Assembly: GCA_002718715.1 (NCBI GenBank)
Contig: PBFJ01000041.1
Location: forward strand, 28 to 64,027
Length of the DNA stretch: 64,000 nt
Direction: 5' to 3'
Origin: a bacterium
GTDB lineage: Bacteria; Patescibacteriota; Gracilibacteria; UBA1369; GCA-2718715
The position numbers and the translations under genes are program-made. This document shows positions 31,192-40,170 of this stretch, one piece after another. How positions within the stretch are numbered: position 1 is the stretch's first letter; every line of letters starts with the position of its first letter. The notes under the pieces were generated by a model. The model saw only the letters and a list, made by a program, of their open reading frames with translations, made no database searches and was not told the DNA's origin.

Positions 31192-32388
31192 ATGAAATTC
31201 GTTATTATTGGTTCTGGTATTATTGGACTCTCAATAGCTAAAGCCTTAATAGATAAGAAGATTCATAAACCTTTAAATATTCTAATTTTAGATAAATATG
31301 CTATCCCCTCTAAAGGGACATCAGTTCATAATAGTGGAGTTTTGCATGCTGGTTTGTACTATAAACCTGGATCAATGAAAGCAAAACTTTCAATAGATGG
31401 AGGAATAAAACTGAGAGAATGGTGCAAAAAGATTAATCTTCCAATATTAGAATGTGGCAAATTATTAATACCTTTTAATGAAAATGATTATGTAAATTTA
31501 GAAAAAATTGAAAAAAATGCATTAAATAATGGTTGCAATGTTGAAATGATAGATCATGATAGGGCTTCAAATATTCAACCTTTCCTAATTAAAAAAGATA
31601 AGTACTTGTGGTCCCCAAATACTAGTGTTTTCGATCCAAAATTAATAGTAGAAAGACTTTATAAATCTTTGAAGGAAATGGGAGTTAATTTCTTGAAAAA
31701 ATCAGTAATTTTAGATGATTCAGATAAAAAAAGGTTGATTTTTGATGACTACACTAATTTAAGTTATGAGAATTATATAAATTGTGCTGGACCAGGCGCT
31801 CTAGATATTGCTAAATCAGTCACTAATAAATTTGATAATCTAACTATTCTTCCTTTTTTAGGACAATACGCGGTTCAAAAATCTGGATTGGAAATTAAAA
31901 CAAATCTATACCCAGTTCCAGATCCTGAGTTACCTTTTTTAGGAATTCACTTAACTCCTAGAATAAATAAATCATCTTTGATTGGACCTAATGCTATCCC
32001 AGTATTTAAGAAAGATATTCAAGGTTATGATTTAAAAGATATGAGAGATATTCCTTCAATAATTACGAATAATATTATTTTATTTGCATCGAATAAATCT
32101 AATTATCGCAACCATGCTCTATCAGAATTATCTTTCAATTCTAAAAATAAATTTTATGTTAATGCACTGAGGTACTTTTCAAGTGATCTTAAGTCTAATT
32201 TTCAAATAGAAATGGACTCTAAAACGTACGGGATAAGAGCTCAGTTACTTAATCGAAATACATATGAATTGGAAAATGATTTTATTTATGAGAAAATAAA
32301 TAATAATATACATATTGTTAATGCTGTTAGTCCTGCATTTACATCATGTTTCTCTTTGGCTGAATTTATAGTGAATAAGGTAATTTAA
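31192..32388 (+). CDS. lhgO: L-2-hydroxyglutarate oxidase family FAD oxidoreductase
   Basis: IGSGIIG, HNSGVLHAGLYYKPGSMKA, YPVPDPELPFLGIHLT, GIRAQ, NAVSPAFT. Confidence 0.88.
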   Translation: MKFVIIGSGIIGLSIAKALIDKKIHKPLNILILDKYAIPSKGTSVHNSGVLHAGLYYKPGSMKAKLSIDGGIKLREWCKKINLPILECGKLLIPFNENDYVNLEKIEKNALNNGCNVEMIDHDRASNIQPFLIKKDKYLWSPNTSVFDPKLIVERLYKSLKEMGVNFLKKSVILDDSDKKRLIFDDYTNLSYENYINCAGPGALDIAKSVTNKFDNLTILPFLGQYAVQKSGLEIKTNLYPVPDPELPFLGIHLTPRINKSSLIGPNAIPVFKKDIQGYDLKDMRDIPSIITNNIILFASNKSNYRNHALSELSFNSKNKFYVNALRYFSSDLKSNFQIEMDSKTYGIRAQLLNRNTYELENDFIYEKINNNIHIVNAVSPAFTSCFSLAEFIVNKVI

Positions 32389-32407
32389 TTTCAAATAAGA
32401 TAAAACT

Positions 32408-33346
32408 ATGAAAATAATTATTTGTGGTGCAACTGGCTTTATTGGTAGAAATCTTGTTGAATACTTTAATAAAAATGGCAATGAAATAATTGCAGTTTTT
32501 AATAAAAGAGATCCTTTTCCTGTTAATTCAGGAAAGGTTAAATGGATAAAAGCAGATTTACGTATACCTGGAGTCCTTAAAGAACATTTGCCAGGAACTG
32601 ATGTTCTTCTTCAATTTGCGGCAACAACCTCTGGAGCTAAAGACATAATCGAAAGACCTTATATCCATGTAACTGATAACGCTGTAATTAATTCATATTT
32701 GCTTAGAGAATGTTTTGAAAAAAAAGTAAGACATTTTATTTTTCCTAGTTGTACTGTTATGTTAAGTTCTATTGAGAATCAAAAAGAATCTGATTGGGAT
32801 CCAAATAATCAAATTTTTGGTAATTATTTTGGGGTTGGTAATACAAAAATTTATATTGAAAAAATGTGTGAGTTTTATAGTTCACTAGGTCTTAAAACAA
32901 CAGCTTTAAGACATTCAAATGTATATGGGAAATACGATAAATTTGATCTTTATAAAAGTCATGTTTTAGGCGCAACTATTAGGAAGGTTATCAATGCTAA
33001 AGAAAATGAAGTACTGGAAGTCTGGGGATCGGGCAAAGCAAAAAGAGATTTTATATTTGTTGATGATCTTGTTGAAATGATAGAAAAATCAATCTTAAAT
33101 CAATCAGATAGTTTTGGGCTTTATAATTGTGGAATGGGATATTCCATATCAATAAATGATTTGGTAAAGAAAATAATAAAAATATCAGGTAAAAATCTAA
33201 GTATTAAAAATAACATTGATAAACCAGATTTCCCAACAGCTCTTTCACTTAATTGTGAAAAGGCTTTTACTGAATTGAAATGGAAAGTTAATACTAATTT
33301 AGAAGAGGGGTTAAAAAAAACATATCAATGGGTTAATGAGAACTAG
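32408..33346 (+). CDS. Fcl-like NAD(P)-dependent epimerase/reductase
   Basis: GATGFIG, AATTSGA, FPSCT, RHSNVYG, SHVLGA, WGSG..RDF. Confidence 0.8.
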   Translation: MKIIICGATGFIGRNLVEYFNKNGNEIIAVFNKRDPFPVNSGKVKWIKADLRIPGVLKEHLPGTDVLLQFAATTSGAKDIIERPYIHVTDNAVINSYLLRECFEKKVRHFIFPSCTVMLSSIENQKESDWDPNNQIFGNYFGVGNTKIYIEKMCEFYSSLGLKTTALRHSNVYGKYDKFDLYKSHVLGATIRKVINAKENEVLEVWGSGKAKRDFIFVDDLVEMIEKSILNQSDSFGLYNCGMGYSISINDLVKKIIKISGKNLSIKNNIDKPDFPTALSLNCEKAFTELKWKVNTNLEEGLKKTYQWVNEN

Positions 33347-33379
33347 AGAAGAAATTTAAAATTTAAGAATTAACATTTT

Positions 33380-34354
33380 TTAATTAGGCATTGTTTCTCT
33401 TACTTCTTTTAGTAAAAATTCAACACTTTCTTCTAAGGAATAAATTGGACGCCAATCGTTAAGTTTTTCAAACTTAGTTGTATCAGGAACTTGTAAAGTA
33501 ATATCTACTGGTCTAAATAATGTAGGGTCTGACTCACAAACAATTTTTGAAGAGGAATATTTAATAAGCATATTTAAAAATTCTCCTACTAATAAAGCGT
33601 TCTTTCCTCCAAGATTATAAGCCTCTCCAGTTTTCCCATAAAGAGCAATGTCAATATAACAATCCATTGCATCTCTTACATCGATCAGTGTACGAAGAGA
33701 TTCAAGATTCCCATGTTTAAGAATTTTTGTTTTACCTCTTTCAATTGATACTATCTGCCTAGCAAATGATGTAGCAAAAAGGTCAGCACGTCTGGGATTT
33801 ATATATGCAAACATTCGTGTTCTAATAGCTGAAATGTCATAAGCTTTCCCATAAGAATAAACTAACTGATCTTGTGAGCATTTTGAAACTGAATATGGAT
33901 TTACTGGGTTAATAGGACAATTCTCATTTATTGGGATCTGATTTTTATCTACTTGACCATATACTTCAGAAGTACTGCAATGAACAACTAATGGTTTGAT
34001 TTCTGTGATTCTTATAGCTTCAAGTAAATTAAGGGTCGAAAGAATATTATTCTGTACCACACTTACTGGTGTTTCAAAACATGCCCTTACGTTTGCATGA
34101 GAAGCTAAGTTAAATATTAAATCTGGTTTAACAAGATTTAATGAACGAATTACTGAAGATAAATCACAGAGATCGCATTCATAAAGATTAATTTTATTTT
34201 GAATTTTCCTTAAATTATTAATTGTTGTAGTGCTATGCCATCTTGATATTCCATGTATAGATGTTTGTGGAAATCTCGTAAGTATTTGTTCAGCTAAATA
34301 ACTACCACCAGAACCACTTATTCCTGTTATTAGGACTGTTTTGAAATTTCGCAT
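33380..34354 (-). CDS. GDP-mannose/GDP-heptose 4,6-dehydratase (Gmd/DmhA-like)
   Basis: ITGISGSGGSYL, CSTSEVYG, PYSVSK, GNL..R..DVRD, RPVD. Confidence 0.82.
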   Translation of the reverse strand: MRNFKTVLITGISGSGGSYLAEQILTRFPQTSIHGISRWHSTTTINNLRKIQNKINLYECDLCDLSSVIRSLNLVKPDLIFNLASHANVRACFETPVSVVQNNILSTLNLLEAIRITEIKPLVVHCSTSEVYGQVDKNQIPINENCPINPVNPYSVSKCSQDQLVYSYGKAYDISAIRTRMFAYINPRRADLFATSFARQIVSIERGKTKILKHGNLESLRTLIDVRDAMDCYIDIALYGKTGEAYNLGGKNALLVGEFLNMLIKYSSSKIVCESDPTLFRPVDITLQVPDTTKFEKLNDWRPIYSLEESVEFLLKEVRETMPN

Positions 34355-34358
34355 TAAT

Positions 34359-34378
34359 ATATCTAAACAATTAGATAT
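34359..34378. promoter_or_regulatory. 8-bp inverted repeat in a divergent promoter region
   Basis: ATATCTAA-acaa-TTAGATAT immediately upstream of the dehydratase start; AT-rich, so it may be chance. Confidence 0.25.
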
Positions 34379-34490
34379 TTAGACTACCACAGTTTCAAAA
34401 TAACTAATTTTGTTAATATAAAGTTTTTTTAAATTCTCAGTTATCTTGTTTTGATTGATGCATTAATATTAATTAATTGTTTTACAAAAT

Positions 34491-35459
34491 TTGATGAAAA
34501 AAGTTCTAGTAACAGGTGGTACTGGGATGATAGGGAGATATTTAGTTCCTAAACTATTGTCTAGGAATTATGAAGTATTTATTGCCTCATTAGATGGAGA
34601 AGAACTCTGCCCAAAAGGTGCAAATTTTAGAAAATTAGATTTGCGAAATTTTGATAATTGTTTGTCAGTATGTAGAGAGATGGATGAAGTTTATCATTTG
34701 GCGGGAGTGAAAGGATCCCCAAAAATGTGTAGAGAACAACCTGCGGATTTTTTTGTTCCCACTATTACTTTTAGTTTAAATATGATGGAGGCAGCAAGAA
34801 TATGCGGAGTTGATAAATACTTATATACAAGTTCAGTGGGTGTTTATCATCCAGCAGATATATTCAATGAAGATGATGTATGGAGAACATTCCCTTCAGA
34901 AAATGATAAATTTGCTGGCTGGGCCAAAAGAATGGGAGAACTTCAAGTGGAAGCTTATTTGCAGCAATACAAAAAAGGTAATTATTGTATCGTAAGGCCA
35001 GGAAACGTTTATGGAAGATTTGATAACTTTGACCCTGATAATGCAATGGTTATTCCATCATTAATTGCAAGAATATATAATGGAGAAAATCCACTCAAAG
35101 TTTGGGGAAATGGCAAGCCAATTAGAGACTTTATTCATGCTGATGATGTGGCATCAGCAATGATTTTCGTTATGGATAATAATATTAATATCCCAGTAAA
35201 TGTATCAAGTGGTAATGAAAATACTATAAAATCAATAGTAGAAATTATAAGTGAATCATTTGATCATATAGATTATGAATTTACTAATGAAGGCCCCTCA
35301 GGCGATAATAAAAGGCTTATGAATGTTAGTAGGCTAAAAAGTTACGGATGGGAACCAAATGTAGGAATAAAAGATGGGATTGACGATACAGTGAAATGGT
35401 ATATAGCTGAAGGACATACTGGTTATCAAAGATATAATGCTTTTAAAGAAAAAAATTAA
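34491..35459 (+). CDS. Fcl/GME-like GDP-sugar epimerase/reductase
   Basis: TGGTGMIG, TSSVGVY, GWAKR, RPGNVYG, WGNG..RDFIH. Confidence 0.82.
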   Translation: MMKKVLVTGGTGMIGRYLVPKLLSRNYEVFIASLDGEELCPKGANFRKLDLRNFDNCLSVCREMDEVYHLAGVKGSPKMCREQPADFFVPTITFSLNMMEAARICGVDKYLYTSSVGVYHPADIFNEDDVWRTFPSENDKFAGWAKRMGELQVEAYLQQYKKGNYCIVRPGNVYGRFDNFDPDNAMVIPSLIARIYNGENPLKVWGNGKPIRDFIHADDVASAMIFVMDNNINIPVNVSSGNENTIKSIVEIISESFDHIDYEFTNEGPSGDNKRLMNVSRLKSYGWEPNVGIKDGIDDTVKWYIAEGHTGYQRYNAFKEKN

Positions 35460-35559
35460 ACTTAGCATAAAATAATAATTCTTAAATTTTTTTATAACTA
35501 ATCAATATTTGATTACAGTTTTCAAGATATGTTAATTTACAGGGACATAATTTAATCAA

Positions 35560-36153
35560 ATGTTAGTTAAAGATTTAATAGATTTTGAAAAAGACATAGC
35601 TGACATTTTTAATCAAGCTAAAATTAGGGCTCCAATCCATTTACATGGCAATAATGAAAATCAATTATTAAAAATATTTGAAAATATTAATTCAGATGAT
35701 TGGATTTTCAGTTCATGGAGAAGTCATTATCACTGTTTGTTAAAGGGAGTTCCCCCCCAACAATTAAAAAAGGATATTCTCGATGGCAAAAGTATGACCC
35801 TCCTTTACCCAGAATATAAAATTTATACTAGTGCAATAGTCGCAGGGGTTATTCCTATTGCCTTGGGTACAGCACTTTCTCTAAAAAGAGAGGGAAAGAA
35901 TGAAAAGGTTTTTCTTTTTATGGGTGGTATGACTTCTGAAACAGGTGCAGCTCATGAAGCACACAAATATGCAACATCGCATAACTTGCCATTAGAATTT
36001 ATTATTGAAATTAATCATAAATCAGTTTGCACAGACACCTTAAAGACATGGAATATGAAAAAATATTCCTTAGTGGGAAAGAAAAATGTAACTCATTACG
36101 AATATGATTTGCCTTGGCCTCATGCAGGCTCTGGGGTTAGAGTACAATTCTAG
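35560..36153 (+). CDS. ThDP-dependent enzyme, E1-alpha-like subunit (short)
   Basis: PIHL, WRSHYH, SAIVAG, ThDP-motif region GGMTSETG...EIN, PHAG. Confidence 0.8.
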   Translation: MLVKDLIDFEKDIADIFNQAKIRAPIHLHGNNENQLLKIFENINSDDWIFSSWRSHYHCLLKGVPPQQLKKDILDGKSMTLLYPEYKIYTSAIVAGVIPIALGTALSLKREGKNEKVFLFMGGMTSETGAAHEAHKYATSHNLPLEFIIEINHKSVCTDTLKTWNMKKYSLVGKKNVTHYEYDLPWPHAGSGVRVQF

Positions 36154-36158
36154 GAATA

Positions 36159-36701
36159 TTGGTTATGAAATATTTTGATGAATTAAAAAGAACTATGGAA
36201 TGGCTGAGTGATCAAGAAAATACTATTTTTATTGGTCAAGCTGTTGAAGTCCCTGGGACTGCCATGTTCAATACTTTAAAAGATATAGACATGAATAAAA
36301 GAATAGAAATGCCTGTTTTTGAAGATACTCAGTTAGGGATTTCTGTTGGGATGTCGCTTACTGGTAAAAGAGTAATAAGCATTTTTCCTCGATGGAATTT
36401 TTTACTATGTGCAACAAATCAGCTTGTTAACCACTTAGATAAATTCCCCATTATGAGTGACGGTAAAATTAATCCAAAAATTATTGTTAGAACAGCTGTT
36501 GGTTCAGAAAGGCCCTTATTCCCAGGTCATCAACATATTGGTAATATGTCGAATGCATTTAGAGGAATGTTATCCTCCGTAAATGTTATTGAACTTAATG
36601 AGCCTGAAGAGATTTTTCCTGCTTACGAAAAAGCATATAATAGCGAGGACGGAAAAAGTACAATATTAGTAGAGTTTCAAGACTTTTATAATGAGAAATA
36701 A
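36159..36701 (+). CDS. ThDP-dependent enzyme, E1-beta-like pyrimidine-binding subunit (no C-terminal domain)
   Basis: FIGQAV, EMPVFE, NQLVNH, GHQH. Confidence 0.8.
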   Translation: MVMKYFDELKRTMEWLSDQENTIFIGQAVEVPGTAMFNTLKDIDMNKRIEMPVFEDTQLGISVGMSLTGKRVISIFPRWNFLLCATNQLVNHLDKFPIMSDGKINPKIIVRTAVGSERPLFPGHQHIGNMSNAFRGMLSSVNVIELNEPEEIFPAYEKAYNSEDGKSTILVEFQDFYNEK

Positions 36702-36729
36702 TTATATTAATAACAAAAAATTTATTTGA

Positions 36730-36774
36730 TTTAAATTTGAGTAATTAAAAAAAATTGGAATTACTCAATTTAAA
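36730..36774. terminator. Hairpin downstream of the ThDP gene pair (terminator or operator)
   Basis: TTGAGTAATT (36737-46) pairs with AATTACTCAA (36759-68); extends about 6 bp further past a 1-nt bulge. Confidence 0.4.
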
Positions 36775-36996
36775 AATTTAATAAAAATTTTCTTTAGAAA
36801 AAATACTCTTTAATATTCATAGCAATAAAAATTAAGTACTTTTAAGATATTTTTCATAAATAATTTAGAAGATCCATACATAGTTGTTATTTGGTAATTG
36901 TGTTTGACCTTTGCAATGTAAAATAATTTATTAGAACAACTTTAAGATGATAAAGTTAGGGCTTATTAATTCAATTAATGTTTTGAAAGGGTTTTT

Positions 36997-37929
36997 ATGA
37001 CAAAAATTTTAGTGACAGGTGGTGCTGGTTATATTGGATCAGTCTTGATCCCGAAACTTCTCTCGGATGGTTATGAAGTAACTTGTGTAGATAACTTAAT
37101 GTATGAGCCAACGAGCTTAATGATGGCAACAATTAATAAAAACTTTAAATTAATTGTAGGTGATGCGAGAGATAAAGAATTAATGAAACCTTTGATAGAA
37201 AAAAACGATGTCATAATTCCACTTGCTTGTATGACGGGCGCACCTTTATGTAATAAAGATAAAGTTGCAGCAGCCTCAGTAAATAAAGACTCTGTTGTAA
37301 TGTGTTCAGAACTCAGTTCTCAAGACCAGTTGCTGATTTATCCATGTACGAATAGTGGATACGGAATTGGGGAGGAGGGAATTTTTTGTACAGAAGAATC
37401 GCCTCTAAAGCCTATTTCTCTATATGGGAAATTAAAGGTTGAGGCTGAAAATATTCTCCTTCAAAAAGGGAATGCTATTACATTTAGACTAGCTACAGTA
37501 TTTGGAATAAGTCCTAGACCAAGGCTTGACCTCTTAGTAAATGATTTTACGTACCGAGCCTATTTTGATAAAACAGTTGTACTCTTTGAAGCAGAATTCA
37601 AAAGAAATTATTTGCATATTGAAGATGCCGCTGATGGATTTAGATTCGCTATAAAAAATCCCAATTTAATGGGAAATTGCTTTAATTTGGGATATAGTGA
37701 AGCAAATCTATCTAAACGTGAATTATGCGAAGAAATCAAAAAAGTTATTCCTGACTTTGTATATCTAATTTCTGAAATAGGTTCAGATATAGATAAGAGA
37801 AACTACATCGTAAGTAATCAAAAGATAGAGGATGCAGGATTTAAGGCAAAAAGAGATTTATCAACCGGAATTAAGGAATTAGTGAAGGCTTTGCCATTAT
37901 TAAAAAGAACTCAGTTTGCAAATATTTAA
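36997..37929 (+). CDS. GDP-D-glycero-alpha-D-manno-heptose C4-dehydrogenase-like SDR (Campylobacter Cj1427/WcaG type)
   Basis: TGGAGYIGSVL, IIPLAxxxGAPLC, YPCTNSGYGIGE, CTEESPLKPIS, FRLATVFGISPRxRLDLLVNDFTYRAY, C-terminal FAN match Cj1427 as recalled. Confidence 0.8.
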   Translation: MTKILVTGGAGYIGSVLIPKLLSDGYEVTCVDNLMYEPTSLMMATINKNFKLIVGDARDKELMKPLIEKNDVIIPLACMTGAPLCNKDKVAAASVNKDSVVMCSELSSQDQLLIYPCTNSGYGIGEEGIFCTEESPLKPISLYGKLKVEAENILLQKGNAITFRLATVFGISPRPRLDLLVNDFTYRAYFDKTVVLFEAEFKRNYLHIEDAADGFRFAIKNPNLMGNCFNLGYSEANLSKRELCEEIKKVIPDFVYLISEIGSDIDKRNYIVSNQKIEDAGFKAKRDLSTGIKELVKALPLLKRTQFANI

Positions 37930-37990
37930 TCCTATATCGATAAACTCTATTTAAAAATATTTTTTAAATTGAAAATCAAGATTCAAATTT

Positions 37991-38581
37991 ATGAATAAAA
38001 AATTTACAACTAAAGAATATGTTAAAGCTTCTCTTTCAAAAACTATGGATCTCCTGCGAGATCTAATAAATTTAGATGATTATATATTTAATATTCAAGA
38101 AGCTTCTCAGCTTATAGTCGATTCTATATCAAGCAATCATACTATTTATCTTGCAGGTAATGGAGGAAGCGCTGCTCAGTCACAACACTTTGCGGCTGAA
38201 TTGGTCTCTAGATTTAATTTTGATAGAAATCCTTTGCCCGCAGTAGCACTAACTACCGATACCTCAGTTTTAACAGCAGTATCAAATGATTATGGTTATG
38301 AAAAGGTTTTTGAGAGGCAGTTAGCTGGATTAGCCCAAAAAGGAGATGTTTTTATTGGATTTTCAACTTCAGGAACTTCAAAAAATATCCTTAATTGCTT
38401 TAAAAAAGCTAGAGAAATGAAATTATCATCAATTGGTATTTCAGGAGAAGTAGGTATGAAAGAATCTAGACCAGATATATTAATCTCTATCCCCTCACAA
38501 AATACCCCTTTAATTCAAGAAATTCACTGCATTACTTCCCATTTAATTTGTGACATAGTTGAAAAGACAATTTTTAATTAA
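37991..38581 (+). CDS. gmhA: Sedoheptulose-7-phosphate isomerase
   Basis: GNGGSAAQSQHFAAE, SNDYGY, STSGTS, IQEIH. Confidence 0.93.
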   Translation: MNKKFTTKEYVKASLSKTMDLLRDLINLDDYIFNIQEASQLIVDSISSNHTIYLAGNGGSAAQSQHFAAELVSRFNFDRNPLPAVALTTDTSVLTAVSNDYGYEKVFERQLAGLAQKGDVFIGFSTSGTSKNILNCFKKAREMKLSSIGISGEVGMKESRPDILISIPSQNTPLIQEIHCITSHLICDIVEKTIFN

Positions 38582-38623
38582 ATTAAAGAATTGCTTATTA
38601 ATCAATATAAAATTAAAAAATAA

Positions 38624-39265
38624 ATGTCAGAAATAATTAATCTAGATAAATTTTACTTTGAAGAGTTTTCAAGATCAATATCAAAATTTACTCTCAAATC
38701 GAAAAAAAAATTATTTAAGAAGGCATTATTTTTAGATAGAGATGGAGTTCTTATTGAGGATGTACATCATATTAATTCACCTAAAAAAGTAAAATTATGC
38801 CCGAAAGTTTTAGATTTTTTGAAAGATGCTAGAAAAAAAAATTATGGTTTAATTGTCGTAACCAATCAATCTTCAGTATCAAGGTCAATAATTTCATACC
38901 AAGAATATAAAGCTATAACAAGTAAATTTCTATCACTACTTACTGAAGATATATACCCCGAATTTATTTTAAGTAGTTTTCATTTACCAAAAAATACAAA
39001 TAATTTAGAAAATTATAATTGGCGAAAACCTGGAACAGGAATGATAGATTATGTATTAAATATTTCTAAATTCAATACATCTCAGTCATATATAATAGGA
39101 GATAAATTAACAGATCTAATCGCTGGTTACAGAAGTGGATTATCAAACTTCATATATGTAAAGTCAAAGCTTCATTCAAATCAATCAAATTTAATAAAAA
39201 ACTGGTCTATAAAAGAAAGTATTCCTTATAAAGAATTGATAGAACTAGATTCTTCTTTTATTTGA
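38624..39265 (+). CDS. gmhB: Heptose-1,7-bisphosphate phosphatase
   Basis: FLDRDGVL, VTNQS, RKPGTGM, IGDKLTD. Confidence 0.88.
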   Translation: MSEIINLDKFYFEEFSRSISKFTLKSKKKLFKKALFLDRDGVLIEDVHHINSPKKVKLCPKVLDFLKDARKKNYGLIVVTNQSSVSRSIISYQEYKAITSKFLSLLTEDIYPEFILSSFHLPKNTNNLENYNWRKPGTGMIDYVLNISKFNTSQSYIIGDKLTDLIAGYRSGLSNFIYVKSKLHSNQSNLIKNWSIKESIPYKELIELDSSFI

Positions 39266-39396
39266 AAGGAATTAAATATATTAAATTCTTAGCTGCTTAA
39301 TTAATTGATAATAATCAAATTATAATTTGTTATAAATAATCTTAATAACCTAGAGTAAAATCCATATGAACTGGACTTTATTTCTGAAACAATTGT

Positions 39397-39999
39397 ATGT
39401 TTAAATCTAAATATAAATTTATTGGAAGAAAAAGAATCTGTTCAAATAGCAAATTTGATGTTTTATTTGATAATCTTATTTCTCAAGATAATCAAGAAAT
39501 CAATGATTTTCTTGTCATTAAACCTAAAGTTAACCATAAAGGTTATATTTCTGGAATATGTGTACTCCCTATGTATAGAGATAAATTTTGTTTAATGAAC
39601 GTCTGGCGACATCAATTTAAAAATTTTGTTTATCAAGCTCCTGCAGGTTTTATAGAAAAAAATGAGAAACCATATCAAACTGCTATTCGTGAATTAAAAG
39701 AAGAAACGTCTTTCATTTGCGAACAAAAGAATATGATTTCTCTTGGTACTTATATCCCTGATGCAGCACTTATTGAGTGTCGAGTAGCCTTATTTTTAGC
39801 AAAAGATTGTATGAAATCCTCTTCCAAAGTCGAAAGTGAAATTGGTTCTAGTGATGTTATTTACTTTTCTAAAAAAGAAATTAAAGAATTGATTTTAAAA
39901 GAGGAAAATATTGGAGGTTCAACATTAGTTACCTGTATAAGATCATTAATACATTTGGATTTAAAAGATTCATCAACTTGCTCTTTTTATAAAGATTAA
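39397..39999 (+). CDS. NUDIX hydrolase (ADP-ribose/NDP-sugar pyrophosphatase-like)
   Basis: Nudix box GFIEKNEKPYQTAIRELKEET. Confidence 0.85.
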   Translation: MFKSKYKFIGRKRICSNSKFDVLFDNLISQDNQEINDFLVIKPKVNHKGYISGICVLPMYRDKFCLMNVWRHQFKNFVYQAPAGFIEKNEKPYQTAIRELKEETSFICEQKNMISLGTYIPDAALIECRVALFLAKDCMKSSSKVESEIGSSDVIYFSKKEIKELILKEENIGGSTLVTCIRSLIHLDLKDSSTCSFYKD

Positions 40000-40170
40000 T
40001 TTGTTAATGAGAATTTTTCAAAAGGAAATTACTCAAGATATAACTATCTATTCATTTAAAATAATTAGTTATAAAGCAAGAAATTGTCACTTTATTTTTT
40101 GTAAGGAATCTTTTTTAATTATATATTTTTGGCCCTATTCGCATAGAATTAATATAAATATTTAAAATCA

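Noticed and set aside
35560-36701. Pyruvate dehydrogenase E1
   Set aside because: Subunits are too short, there is no E2 or E3, and the genes sit among NDP-sugar genes
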